Notes: generated by a model from the letters alone, not told the origin. A stretch of 64,000 nucleotides of DNA from Octopus vulgaris (GCA_951406725.2 OX597819.1:129146001-129210000); one strand, 5' to 3'. Positions 42,806-57,407 are shown, counted from the stretch's first letter. Made by a program: numbers and translations.

Positions 42806-42892
42806 CCATCATCATCATCGTCGTCATCGTCGTCATCATCGTCATCATCATCATCATCATCACCACCAACACCACCATCCATCCATCCATCC
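42676..42892. repeat. (CAT/CGT)n trinucleotide repeat
   Basis: Direct reading. Confidence 0.95.
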
Positions 42893-43499
42893 AGTTCTCA
42901 CTTTTCAAACTTTTTTCACTTCTCTCTTAAACTCCCACACACTACTAATCTAATAATCCGTCCAATGACCTCATGTCTGAAACATTAGACTTTTTTCAAT
43001 CTTCGCAGTAACTAGATTTTATTGACACCTACAACTTTCTTGAATGTTCTCTTTAAATGCAAAGAGATACGAATATCTACCATTATTAACCACAGGTAAT
43101 TCCTGAGAGTTTGAGTTACATCATTTATTTACAGCTTCACCGGGATTAATATTTCTCTGAGATACGATCAAAAGACTTATACAAAATTCTATTTAGCAAA
43201 TACATCTCCACTCACTCCGGATCGCAGGCAATCACCAAGCGGTGGCACACACGTACGATTTCGTTATTGTTAGGTCACCGAGTACAAGATTAAAATAAAC
43301 ATCTTATTCAGAATTAATTAACCGGTATTTTCTAATGTGTGTTATGTAACTTAATCTGTCGGTTTATAATTATAGTACACTAAAACTAGGAAGTGGCGTT
43401 CAAAGCTATCTTTTGGTGGAAACTAGCAAAAATAGTTGAATAAATAGTTAAGTAGCGATAGCATGACAATGACGTCGCGTTTATTATTTATTCAAGTCA

Positions 43500-44200
43500 A
43501 GGCGGAGAGTTGTCAGAATCGGGAGCAAGCCGAGCAAGAATGATGCTTTGCATTATTTCTACCATCTTTTATAAGGCGGCGAGCTGGCAGAAACGTTAGC
43601 ATGCCGGGCGAAATACTTGTCGTTACGTTGTGAATTCAAATTCCGCCGAGGTCGACTTTGCCTTTCATCCTTTCAGGATTCGATAAATTAAGTACCAGTT
43701 ACGCACTGGGGTCGATGTAATCGACTTAATCCGTTTGTCTCTCCTTGTTTGTCCTCTCTGTGTTAAGCGCCTTGTGGGTAGTAAAGAAAGAGGTATTTCG
43801 TCTGCTGCTGTGTTCTGAGTTCAAATTCCACCGAAGTCGACTTTTGACTTTGCCTTTCATCCTTTCAGGGTTCGATAAATTAACTGTTGCATACTGGGAT
43901 CGATCTAATCGACTGGGCCCTTCCCACCACATTTCAGGTCTTGTGTCTATAGTAGAAAGGATTATTTCTTCCGTCTTTTATAAGGCGACGAGCTGGCAGA
44001 CTCATTAGCGCGCCGAGCTTATCATCAGAGGTCGATTTTGCCTTTCATCCTTTCAGTATCGATAAATTAAGTACTAGTTGAACGCTAGAGCCGATGTAAT
44101 CGATACATCCCCTCCCCCATAAATGTCCTGTGGTAAAATTTGAAACCATTATTTCTTCCGTCTTTATGTTATAAGTTCGAATTCTGCCGAGATCGATGAA
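43500..44200 (+). mobile_element. Nested family-B SINEs (two younger copies inside an older one)
   Basis: Heads at ~43501, ~43575 and ~43984; ATTTCT(A/T)CC(A/G)TCTTT repeated at ~43555, ~43964 and ~44151. Confidence 0.8.
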
Positions 44201-44224
44201 ATAAAGAAACAATAAAACATTGAT

Positions 44225-44470
44225 GGAGGCGCGTGGCTAAGCGGTTATGGTGTTGAACTCATGATCGTAAGATTGTGGTTTCGATTCCTGGACCGGGCGA
44301 TGCGTTGTGCTCTTGAGCAAAACACTTCATTTCACGTTGCTCCAGTCCACTCAGCTGGCAAAAATGAGTAACGCTCCGACGGGCTGGCGTCCCGTCCAGG
44401 TGGGGAATTTCCACGCCACTGAAACCGGGAAACCGGCCCTTATGAGCTTGGTATGGCTCGAGAAGGAACA
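44225..44470 (+). mobile_element. SINE family E/D hybrid
   Basis: tRNA-like head GGAGGCGCGTGGCTAAGCGGTTA...GGTTTCGATTCC; tail GGCTCGAGAAGGAAC shared with family D. Confidence 0.8.
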
Positions 44471-45683
44471 TTTTTTAAAATAAAATATTGGGGTCGATAA
44501 AATAAAGTACTAGTAAAGTACTAGGATCGATGCAATCAATTGGCTCCCTTATGCAAAATTTCAGATTTTGTGCCTATAGTAGAAAGGATTATTTGTCTAA
44601 GTGAAGAAACGGCTGAGATTTCGAAATTCCCCAAGAGGCAGAGTTTTGTTTTTAAGCCCCTCTTTTTAAATACTCGTTATTATTGTATTGAGACGGGCAA
44701 TAAATGGTAGGATCAGTAAGATAGATGACAAAATGCCTTAGGAGTTTTGCTTGTGTCCCTTTATGATTTGACCTTAAATGCCACCAGGGACAACTCGGTT
44801 TTTATCGTGTTTTGGCCGATAAAAATGAGAAATAGTAAAGTACTATTAAGTCGACCATGCCCTCTCTTCTGAAATGTGTAACCTTATGTCAATGCTAGGC
44901 GAATTTATAGGGTGTCTCAGAGAAGCAGTGACCCAAAGAGAATAAGTGAGCAGTCCCACAAGCGTATAGACACATTCTGGTGTCATTCAACCGCTGTCCT
45001 ACCTCAGGGTTAATTGTAAGAGCAGACGGGTTTCAGCTATGAATGGTAAACCGTCTAAAAGAGGTTCCTTCGTTTGCCGGAAACATTCATATGTGTTGTT
45101 ATCGTTGATGTTGTTCTTCTTTGGATCCAGTTTCGGTGCTGATCGAACCGACTTGTAATCGTTGACATTCCAGTCATGACCATCTCGTCTTATATTTAGG
45201 CATAGTCTATCTACAATACATTATCAAATCTGCTTCGCTTTTATAGCTTTCGATGGCAGAGTGTGATTTACATACATTTGGCTGTTATATCTTGTAGAAC
45301 GAGCTACCACATACAGGAGAGGTTCTCTCGTTAGTTCGTTGTATATTTGTATAACAAACAGCAAGACGGATTGCTTAGTAATTAGAAATGTTGCATTACT
45401 ATTAATAATTACTATTAATAAGAGAGGAAATTTGTACAACAAAAACAAGTTAAGCTAACGTACAGCCTTTGTCGATTATTAAATAGATGAGAGGTGTTAC
45501 TTTTGCTCAGGTGTACTCGTGAATGCCGGGTTTCGTTTCGCTTTTCATTCGTTTTGTTTTTTCTTTTTTTTTCTTTTGTTTTATCGCTGATACGGTTGTT
45601 GTTGTTGTTGTTTTTTTTGCCCTTAACGTGATTGCGTTGGTGATGATGCCTGCCGCATAGAATATGTGTTGTAGATATGCATG

Positions 45684-45684
<1 letters not shown>

Positions 45685-45757
<73 letters not shown>

Positions 45758-45804
45758 TAATTATATATATAAATATATATACATACACAAACATAATATA
45801 TATT

Positions 45805-45847
<43 letters not shown>

Positions 45848-45871
45848 TATGTACATATATATATATATATG

Positions 45872-45940
<69 letters not shown>

Positions 45941-45954
45941 TGTACATATATACA

Positions 45955-45988
<34 letters not shown>

Positions 45989-45990
45989 TG
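45685..45990. repeat. Interrupted (TA)n
   Basis: Direct reading. Confidence 0.9.
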
Positions 45991-46554
45991 TGTGTGTATG
46001 TATATATACATACATACACACACATATCTACATATATTTTATCTATGTGTGTATATATGCATGTATGAATGTCTGTTATATATATATATATATATATTCA
46101 TGTATGCATCTATGTCTATATATTAATAAGCACCTATGTATTTATGCGTATGTGAATGTAGATGCATGCATGTATAAACGCACGCACACACACACACACA
46201 CACATACACTAACATATACGCACACATGAATGAATGAATGCATCGCTCGCACGTTTTAATTCAATAGCATCAATAGATATCGACAAGCTAATATTTTTCC
46301 TGCATCGAATATCCAAACAAGAATTTCTAAACACATAATAAATCTATAATGAATAATTAAGAATCGTTCCCATTGATTTTTGTTTACCTCCATACTTGCC
46401 AGAGTGAAGCAAAGAAGAGGGAGAGGAAGAAGAGAGGAATACGGGAATGAGGGAGAAGAAGAGCAATAGATAGAGAGATAATGAAAGAGAGGGGGTGAGA
46501 TAGATAGATAGATAGATAGATAGAGAGAGAGAGGTAGGTAGATAGGTAGGTAGG

Positions 46555-47153
<599 letters not shown>

Positions 47154-47356
47154 CATAGAGAGAGAGGGCAGAGTGAGTAAGATTTGGAGTGGATGTTCAG
47201 TTTGGTAACCGACGAGAATAATGTTAAGAGAATAATGCTCTGATTGTTAAATGTAAAACTTAATCATGGCTGGGAATATTACAGTAAAGAGAATGGTCAG
47301 CTGCTAAAGAAAAGCAAAAATGGTTTTTAAAATGGGCAGCACTTAACAAAAAAACA

Positions 47357-47769
47357 GGCGCAGGAGTGGCTGTGTGGTAAGTAGCTTGCTAACCAACCAC
47401 ATGGTTCCGGGTTCAGTCCCGCTACGTGGCATCTTGGGCAAGTGTCTTCTGCTATAGCCCCGGGCCGACCAATGCCTTGTGAGTGGATTTGGTAGACGGA
47501 AACTGAAAGAAGCCTGTCGTATATATGTATATATATATGTGTGTGAGTGTGTGTTTCTATGTCTGTGTTTGTCCCCCTAGCATTGCTTCACAACCGATGC
47601 TGGTGTGTTTACGTCCCCGTCACTTAGCGGTTCGGCAAAAGAGACCGATAGAATAAGTACTGGGCTTACAAAGAATAAGTCCCTGGGTCGATTTGCTCGA
47701 CTAAAGACGGTGCTCCAGCATGGCCGCAGTCAAATGACTGAAACAAGTAAAAGAGTAAAGAGTAAAGAG
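47357..47769 (+). mobile_element. SINE family A, near-consensus full-length copy
   Basis: GGCGCAGGAGTGGCTGTGTGGTAAG...GGTTCAGTCC...CTTGGGCAAGT...(TA/TG)...GAAACAAGT(AAAGAGT)n. Confidence 0.93.
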
Positions 47770-48249
47770 TGTAGCTAAACGTAAAACTTTTGTGCGAAAT
47801 GTTAAGGGCCAACAGTTGAAAACAAGGTAAAGATACGTCTAAAAAAAAGTTGGGGTGCTGTTTGATAGGCGGTTGGAAAATATGTTTGTTGTTTAATAAT
47901 CTTATTAGCTTTGGGGCTCATTTTTCTTCTTTTTTTTTTTAGTTATTTTCCAAATATTTCCCACCTGCTTTATTTTAAACACTTTTAACTTTTTCATTCC
48001 TGATTTTCTTTTTTTCTTTCCTTTTTGCTTTTCATTTCAGTCGAATTAGTTTTGCTTATTTTTTTGTTTTTGTTATTTTTTAGCTACGGCATCTTTTGTT
48101 TGTTTTTTTAGGTTACTAACCTCTTTCATTAGAAATTGTAGTAACTGATGTTGTTGCTAGTATATTTATTGTTGTGGTACCGTTAGCTATAGATGATGAT
48201 GATAATGGTGGTGATGATGATGATGACACGACGACGAAGACGACAATAC

Positions 48250-48325
<76 letters not shown>

Positions 48326-48360
48326 GGTGGTGGTGGTGGTGATGGTGATGGTGATGATGA
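48250..48360. repeat. (GAT)n-(GGT)n repeat
   Basis: Direct reading. Confidence 0.95.
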
Positions 48361-49779
48361 AGAGGGAGAAGGTGGTGATAATGCTGAAAAGAATGTTGAT
48401 AAGAATGGAACTGATTTCTAACAAAGAAACTAAACCCCATTACTGGAATCTGAATAACAAAAAAAATTATGTCTGCTGAACTTTAGAGAAGTCTTACACA
48501 TTTTTACTGTTCTCCTTACAAAATGTATGAATGTATGCATGCATATGTGTATGTATTTATGTATGTATTTATGTATGTATGAAAGAGTGTGTGTGTGTGT
48601 ATATAATGAGATGCTAGTTCACTTGTATATGTGTACTATGTGAAACATATTTATCACTTCTGCTTTACTTATTGAAACTCTTCCTCTTGTTATTGATGAC
48701 CTCAGGGTCTGCTCGATTAGAGCTCACCTATGTCTAAAGAACGATAATAGCAACCAGGTTGGTCAGCAGTGTCTAAGAGAGCATGAAATATGGTTGTAGC
48801 AGTATTTGTTCTTTGAATAATGAACTGTCGTTTGCCCTAGGTAGACCTGAAACAGCAGATCTATGTTCACGGGTCATCCACTCATGGCCATTTCGTCTGC
48901 GACAGCTGCAACTGAGAAGGCATTAAGTATGGTGATCGTAAATACCAAGCATTACGTATCCAAGATTACATTATAGAACTAGACTTTTCCTTTTTTGGAC
49001 GGTGTGATTTGAAGGAGATTTGGCTACTATTTTCAGTAGGCTTAATGACCACATTGACTCGCTAATCGTTAATGTAAGACTGTGTAGGTGGGGAAAATGC
49101 CCATACGCATATCAGGGCCTCGCTGATTGGATTAAAGGAAGCGGATTAGATATATAATTAGATGAAGTTACGGTTAATTAATATTTGGAAAGAGAGATGT
49201 TGATTTGCCAAGGGGTTCGAAGTGGTAAATTTGAAGTGGGTCAATTATTTACGCGAAAGCAAAACGGCTGAGCAGACTTCGTCAGAGATTACCAGCTCAG
49301 CAGTCTTAGGTTCATTTCCTGTATATATATATTTCAGTATCTTTCTGACCAACGCAAAAAGTTTTATATTACCTCAGTTCACTTAATAGTCAAGTGGGGA
49401 TCATCAGAAAATATTACTTACTGTAGATTGCTGTCCCACCCAGGTGTATGGGAACTATATTTTGTGCGCTTTATTTGAAATAACCGAAGTATTTTTAACA
49501 CATTTGGTGTAAAATTCTTTTCATATTTAACTAGGTGGCAGTATAAAGAGAGGTGGATTCTTATACTGGGTACATTTAGGTGAGAATTGACACTTCAAAG
49601 GTTTAAAGACCCTTGCGTAGTAGTGAATGTAACTGAAACAATATACACCTAGCGGCTGTCTTTTCGAACTCGAAGGTTGACTTCTGTTAAGTGCGATTGG
49701 CATAACAGCATAATTAACAAGTTTGCTTCGTAACTTCGTGCTTTGAGGATCTAACCCACTGTGTGCAATCTTGACCAAT

Positions 49780-50080
49780 ATCTTCGGCAATATCTTCTTT
49801 TCGACAAAAACCTAGCAAAGGTAGTTTGACAAAGGAAAACGGTGCGGAAGCCAATTAGAGTGCCCGATCCAGTCCTTAATATTTGGGAAGAGAGATGTTG
49901 ATTTGCCAAGGGGTTTATCAAGCGTTCGAGTTTTGTCAAAGTCTTTTATGTCCCTGGTCTAAGGATAACTTCCTACTATTTTTCACACGGATCTCCTCCC
50001 AAGACGTGCAAAAGATTGTGAGCATCGCCCTTCCTCCCATGACTAAGCCGATAAACTTCCCTTTTCCTTATTTCGTTTAC
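49780..50080 (-). pseudogene. Possible LINE reverse-transcriptase remnant
   Basis: KLERLINPL...LIGFR resembles the LINE RT K..ER.I...Q.GFR region; a ~40-bp piece is repeated at ~49178-49217. Confidence 0.35.
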
Positions 50081-50157
50081 AACACGTAATTATTGGTATG
50101 TTTATGCTTTACACACATATGTCTATCTGTATCTAAATGTATGTGTGTATGCATATT

Positions 50158-50334
50158 CTTTTATTCTTTTATTTGTTTCAGTTATTTGACTGCGGCCATG
50201 CTGGAGCACCACCTTTTAATCGTAGAAATTTTACCCCAGGACTTATGCTTTGTAAGCCCTATACTTATTCTATCGGGGAAGTAAACACACCAACATCGGT
50301 TAAGCGATGGTGGCCGGACAAATACAGGCACAAA

Positions 50335-50430
<96 letters not shown>

Positions 50431-50597
50431 ACGACAGGCTTCTTTCAGTTTCCGTCTACCATATCCAGTCATAAGCCTTTGGTCAGCTCGAGGCTATAGA
50501 AGACACTTGCCCAAGGCGCCCAAGGTACCACGCAGTGGGACAGAACTCGGAACCAAGTGGTTAGAAAACGAACTTCTTACCACACAGCCACACGCCT
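50158..50597 (-). mobile_element. SINE family A
   Basis: Match to consensus with internal CA/TA. Confidence 0.85.
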
Positions 50598-50651
50598 GTG
50601 TGTATGTATACATATACTTACATACATATGTGTATGTATGTGTGTGTGCGC

Positions 50652-50748
<97 letters not shown>

Positions 50749-51405
50749 TGCGCGAATACATGTGTTTCTGAATATGTACGTGTAAGTATAAAGTTCGCAT
50801 ATTTGATGGCAGAGCTATGAGAGTTGCAAACGCCTTGTACACGTACGTATGTATCGTCACACACACACACACACACACACACGAATATATACAGAGTAAA
50901 GCCACACAAATTACAGTAATTCAATAAACACCACACACACACATACCGACTCTGTTTCTATTCCTGTCTTTGACTGTTGTCTCTGTTTTAAATCCATTTA
51001 TTTATTCTACGCTAGAATTTTGAGTTAATTGAGAAAATGTTTCCCTATCGAACATTTATGTTTTCTGTATCTTTTTACAATATTCCACCATTTTTGCTGA
51101 CATAATTTTCCTTCATGCTACCATCATCGTCACCACCACCACCACCACCACCAACACCACCACCACCATCCGTCATTATTTACCATTTTGTCCAGCCATT
51201 TCTTCTACATAGTTAAGTTACATTCATTTAATCTCATTCTTCGAGAGAAATCGTGCCTCGCTCTTCGGTTCAGTAGAGATGCAGGCAATGATGAAGTGAA
51301 TTCGTCGAAGACGTCGTCTACGGAATTCTAATTTTCTCTCTGTCTACAGTTCTTTCCTTGTCTACTTACCGTAATAATACCCAATTCTCTCTCTCTCTCT
51401 CTCTT

Positions 51406-51459
<54 letters not shown>

Positions 51460-51569
51460 CCTCTGTATCTACCTCCATATCTATATATATATAGTTAGAC
51501 ATTTAAATATAAACGTATTTTGTACGTGCATATAGATAGATTTAGATATGGAATCATATATATACATGA

Positions 51570-51620
<51 letters not shown>

Positions 51621-51816
51621 ATGTGTTGTATGTGTGTGTTTTGCGCGTATGTGCTGTGCATTGTGTGTGTGTTTGTGTGTTTGCGTGTGAGCAAAGTGCA
51701 TTTGTCCAAGCGGTGTTATTATGTTCGCTGTACTTTGAGACTCTGCCAGCTGAACATATCTGGAGGTCATACGAGGTTATATATATAAACCTATACATGC
51801 GCGCATAAAAATATAC

Positions 51817-52316
51817 GCGTGGCTGTGTGGTAAGTAGCTTGCTTACCAACCAGATGGTTCCAGGTTCAGTTCCACTGCGTGGCACCTTGGGGCAAGTGTC
51901 CTTTTTCTATAGCCGCGGGCCGACCAAATCCTTGGGAGTGGATTTGGTAGACGGAAACTGAAAGAAGCCTGTCGTGTATATATAGTATAAGACACTTGCC
52001 CAAGGTGCCACGCATTAGGACTGAACCTGGAACCATGTGGCTGAGAAGCAAGCTTCTCACCACACACCCATGAGTATATTTTTATGAGCGCATACTCTCT
52101 TTTTACTCTTTTACTTGTTTCAGTCATTTGACTGCAGCCATGCTGGAGCACCGCCTTTAATCGAGCAACTCGACCCCGGGACTTATTCTTTTGTAAGCCC
52201 AGTACTTATTCTATCGGTCTCTTTTGCCGAACCGCTAAGTAACGGGGACATAAACACACCAGCATCGGTTGTCAAGCAATGCTAGGGGGACGAACACAGA
52301 CACACAAACACACACA

Positions 52317-52390
<74 letters not shown>

Positions 52391-52554
52391 TACGACGGGC
52401 TTCTTTCAGTTTCCGTCTACCAAATCCACTCACAAGGCATTGGTAGGCCCGGGGCTATAGTAGAAGACACTTGCCCAAGGTGCCACGCAGTGGGACTGAA
52501 CCCGGAACCATGTGGTTGGTAAACAAGCTACTTACCACACAGCCACTCCTGCGC
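51817..52554. mobile_element. Family-A SINE cluster (plus-strand 5' half, minus-strand head fragment, full minus-strand copy 52096-52554)
   Basis: Match to consensus. Confidence 0.88.
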
Positions 52555-52564
52555 ATGTATAGGT

Positions 52565-53400
52565 TTATATATATAACCTCATTTGACCTCCACAAGATCC
52601 GACATAAGTTTTAGTGTGTCTCCCTCTGTTGGCATTGATGTCACTGATATCTGTGCTGCTTCTGTTTGAGGCCACCTTTGCTTGGTACGCTGTAGCCTCG
52701 GTGTTACATCGGTCGTCCACTGGGCATTCATTCCTAATCCTGCATGAACAACCTACCACTGCCCGTGGTTTAGGAGGGCCAGGTAATTTTTTCTTAACAT
52801 TGAGTGCACAACTTGAAAGATATTCTTAAATTATGTCTGTTAAAGATCTTTCTATATTTGTGTGATCACGTGAAATGCTTATCAACCAACCTAATAACAT
52901 CTTACCTATGCATGTCCGGACGTTTAGAGAGAAGCGGGGAGCGAAACATCAGGTCTTGCAGTGGCGTTTCCTTTTATGGTTACTCAATCCTGGTATATAT
53001 ACTATTTTCTCTTTGAACCCGCTGGCCGTTAGCGCCTCAGTGTAGGCGGGAGTCGCTGCGTCAAAAATACCTTTATTTGAAGATAAGGTCGAAATCCGTT
53101 TACTGATACCTTGTATTAGATTTTTGAACACTATGGGTGGGTGGGTGGTAGGAGGCTGTATTAATGTACGATAGCCTATCATTCGGTTTACGGTATGGTC
53201 TGTAGGTGCCACTAACTAGATCAAGCGTTTCATCCAAGAAGTTCACCACAGTGAGGTTACTTTCTATGGTGATTTTAATGCCAAGGTCGTTGAGGGTGTG
53301 TATGATGTATTTTCTAAGCCTGTCTAAAGCAAATATCAGCGCTGTTGTATAGCCCCATCGCGAGGTCGAATTAGCCTTCAAGGTCAGTTCGTTTGACTCA
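52565..53400 (-). pseudogene. Penelope-like retroelement: RT C-terminus, linker and start of GIY-YIG (frameshifted)
   Basis: KITIESNLTVVNFLDETLDL..GTYRPYRKPND...HPP; ISKRISTLSSNKGIF..A.PAY..AL..SGF; CSCR..NECPV...C...YQAKV...TYVG. Confidence 0.9.
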
Positions 53401-53734
53401 ATTTGAATCTTGGTTGAAAAGTAGCGTTTTGCTAGCGTGCATAATTATATCTATTTTTCTATCACTTATATCGATAATTCGTCTAGCATATACTAACGCC
53501 CTATCAAGTAACATTTTTCATATCGATGGATAAAAGTCTACTATATCGAATTGTATGAACTTAGCTCTAGAAGTGTTTCGTTTGGTCTCAAACTTCGATT
53601 GTGTTACGCCATAAAGAGAAATTAGATACCTTCCTTATGTCTTTATTAATCCTTCTTAGGATGTGTTTACTCACCAGTCCCATTTCGGACTTGGCAGAGT
53701 TAATCAGGCGGCATTTAGGGTTAGAAACACTCAG

Positions 53735-54940
53735 CATCATAGCATAATAATTTTGAAATAACTAAAACCGTCAAAACCTTGTTTATGTTTTTAGAATTTA
53801 TTATTAGTGTTGTTTAATATGTTTTGCTAAAATTGCTGTTTCTTTTCAGATATCATCAGAGAAAGGTAATTAAGATTCATTAAAATGACAGATCTATCGG
53901 ACTTTCAAAGAGGTCAAATTGTTGGTGCTTGTATGGCAGGCCCTAGTGTAACAAAAACAGCTCAAATGTTTGGTGTATCAAAAAGTACTGTCTCGAAAGT
54001 AACGACAGCCTTTGAGAAAGAGGGGAAAACCTCCTCGTCGAAACAAAGCTCCGGAACAAAACCTAAACTTTTCGGATAGGGGCCGTCGGACTCTTACGCC
54101 AAAAAGATCACAAAAGTATAGCTCCCAAAATTACTGCAGAGCTTAGTGACCACCTCCAGAACCCTGTTTCCACAAAACCTGTTGGCCAGGAGCCGCACAA
54201 AGCAGGATTTCACGGGAGGGTTGCAATCAGAAAACCACTACTTTCAAAAACAAACGTTGCAAAACGTTTAGAGTGGAGTAAGAAGCTACAAAATTGGTCC
54301 CTAGAACAGTGGAAGAATGTTATTTTCTCGGACAAGTCATCCTTTACCTTATTTCCGACCACCAGCCGAGTATACGTGTGGAGACAGCCAAAAGAAGGAT
54401 TTGACCCAGACTGTTAAACTGTTAAACATGGATGAGGATCTGTGATGATCGGGGAGGGGCTATATCTTGGAAATCCACCGGCCCAATGGCTTCCCTTCAT
54501 GGCAGAATTAATAGTCAAGATTTTGTAAGCATTTTATCCGATCAAATTCATCCTATGGTTGCGGGACTGTTTCCAGAGGGAAATGCAAGCTTTCAGGATG
54601 ATAATGCACCAATTCACACAGCTAAAGTTGTTACTGAATGGCACGAAGAACATTCTAGTGAAGTTGAATATCTTATCTGGCCATCACAGTCCCCAGATTT
54701 CAATATTATTGAACATTTATGGCGCATTTAGAAAAACAAGTAAGGAGTCGATATCCTCCACCATCATAACTACAAGAACTGGAGACTGTTTTAGCTGAAG
54801 AATGGACAAAAATTTCTTTGGAAACAATTCAAACTTTGTACGAGAATTCAAGGTGTAATTACTGCCAAGGCGGTCCTACACCATATTAAAACTAATTTGT
54901 TTGAAATTTTAAGGGGTTTCCACTATTATGTCCAACCACA

Positions 54941-54941
<1 letters not shown>
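53735..54941 (+). mobile_element. Decayed Tc1-like (DD34E) transposon
   Basis: MTDLSDFQRGQIVG paired-like HTH; IFSDKS, FQDDNAPIH, WPSQSPDFNIIEHLW; TIR-like right end before (TA)n; left end approximate. Confidence 0.9.
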
Positions 54942-55017
<76 letters not shown>

Positions 55018-55356
55018 TATATGAATAATATATATATCTGCATATATACATACGTATATATACATACATCTATACGTATATATATATATACGTATGCATA
55101 TATATGTGTGTGGGGGGTGTATATGTGGGCACAGGGCATCACGAAACGTGTACACCGAAAAAATACGAAGTACCAGTAAATGGAGTGCGTGTGTGCAAGT
55201 GTCTAGGCGATTTCCATGGCCAACCATTATTTGGATGCTATCCATCTGGTCTCTCGTCTACGTTTGAACTAGAAAGCTACTCTCGGCTCAAATTCCATTT
55301 CCTCTCGTACCTTTGATGAAAGTAACACCACACGTTATACTACCACTACAACAACA

Positions 55357-55409
<53 letters not shown>

Positions 55410-55616
55410 CACCACTATTACTACTACAAGAATAACGACTACTACTATTACTACTACTATATAAATAAAGCAAATTTCTAAAATTAGTGCAAATATTTTT
55501 GTGATGGCTACAGTTGAATAACTTGACCAGAGTAGGTTACATGTACTTCTTTTTATCGACTTTGGAAGGATAAAAGGGCGAAAGCGATATCAGTGGTATT
55601 TGAACTGAGGAAGTTA

Positions 55617-55648
<32 letters not shown>

Positions 55649-56488
55649 AATGATTAAATGCAATAAAGCATCTACTCCGCTAATCCAATCCCAAAATGCT
55701 TCCAACCCAGACTCAATCGTACCGTTTTACATCGACTGACTGTGGAATTTAAAATAATAAAAAAAAGAGGTACGTAACTCAATACCACGCGGGAGTGTTT
55801 TTGCTTTTCAATCCCATTATTATATATAATCATAACAAGAGTTTTTACTGTGTTGGCTAAATGCCTTGTGGTATTTGCTCTCGCTATCTCTGTATGCTAT
55901 GTTCAGATAATGCTGTGATCAACGTTTCTTTCATCCCTTTGAAGTTGATAAAAGCTACTAATCCAGAGTAGATTAACGGAATCGTTAGAGCGTCGGAAAA
56001 GATGTCTTGCGGTATTTATGCCAAACCTATTCGACCCGAGTTCATATCCCTCCTCGTCACCAAAACAGTGACGCTTCTCTCTGGAGTTGTGAGTAACGAA
56101 TCCTGTCAGCTTTTGGAAAAGCTGATGCAAACCTAGTCTCCTTAGTTCCATCGGAACGTTGAGTATGGCGAGCAGTGAAGGAACGATGGATTAGAAAGTC
56201 ACCCATGTTTCGGTCACGTTTGAAAGAAAATGGGTGTCCGGAAAAAAAATTAATATAAGCAGGATCAGATTGATTAGGACTGAAATTTTGCGGCCACTGG
56301 TGAGGAAGAATAGAAAATGAGAAAAAGAGAAGGCATTTTATGGTGAAAGTGGGTAACGAAGGAGAGCAAAAATGTAACTATTAGCGAGGAAACAACGGTG
56401 GGCAACGTCATCGGTTGCTTGGAATTTAACTACGTTTGAGGAAGAAGTCAGCTCACTTGGTGGGATTCATATTCTATGATAGTTTTGA

Positions 56489-56974
56489 CTACAGGGTGGA
56501 TAAATTCCGTGCAGAGAATAACTTATTGTCAAAGAGGTGGAATGTATTGGAATTGAGGTAGGGGCGACAGTCGGTAGGTTTGTGTAAATGGATGTTTAGG
56601 CAGCCATTGGAAACGGATGTCTGGGAAATTGACAGAGGCTGTGCAATGAAGGGAATGAGGAGGTCTGGATAGGTGGATGGAGATCTAGTCCTAAAGGCAA
56701 CCAACAAACAGGTTGGCTTAGTTGGGGGTCTACCATGTCGCCTATGTCCAAAAGAATATGTAATTGTGAGGTGGAGAATAGTGAAGCTGCTAGAGCAGCG
56801 CGTAGCGAGGTGGTTCAAGTAGAATTGAAGAGCTAGGAGACCATTGTTGTGCAAGAACATGTTGTAGAGGAGGTTAATATCCATGATAATAAGTAAATGG
56901 GAAGAAGGAGAAAGAGATGAAGAGGTGGGGGGTTGATTAACGCCAAGCATGTGTAATGGGAGGACAGCAATCAA
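56489..56974 (-). pseudogene. Degraded Penelope-like RT fragment
   Basis: MDINLLYNM..HNNGLLALQFYL (like DV.SLYT.IPH..G..A) and NGCLNIHLHKPTDCRPYL...FH (like KPTD..YL...S.HP). Confidence 0.7.
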
Positions 56975-57407
56975 GAGTGAGAAGAGCTACTCGAAGTATT
57001 TGGATGTGAGTTCTGAAGAGCAGTTTTAGTGAGAAACGACGGTTCGACAAGATCTGTTATCGTTATGAATCTTGGAGAGAAAGTAAACAGTGAAGGTTTG
57101 TAGTGTGTATGTGTGTGTGTGTGGGTGGGGGGGTAATGAGGTTTATGGTCTGGGGTGGAGGAGAAGAATTGGTATTTTTGGAGTTTGACACGAATCGACC
57201 ACATAATGTACATGTGCGCACACACACACACATACGCACACGGGGACGCACGCACACACACACACATATACGCTCATAGACATAGATATATACATACATA
57301 AATGTGTGTGTGTGTGTGTAGATATACACATATATGTATGTATAAATATACATACAGACATACAGATACATTCATTCATAAATAAATATTTCATATATGC
57401 ATATATA

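Noticed and set aside
51230-51380. Possible host exon (polypyrimidine-CAG acceptor on plus, GTAAG donor on minus)
   Set aside because: Signals are on opposite strands with no coherent reading frame; needs RNA data
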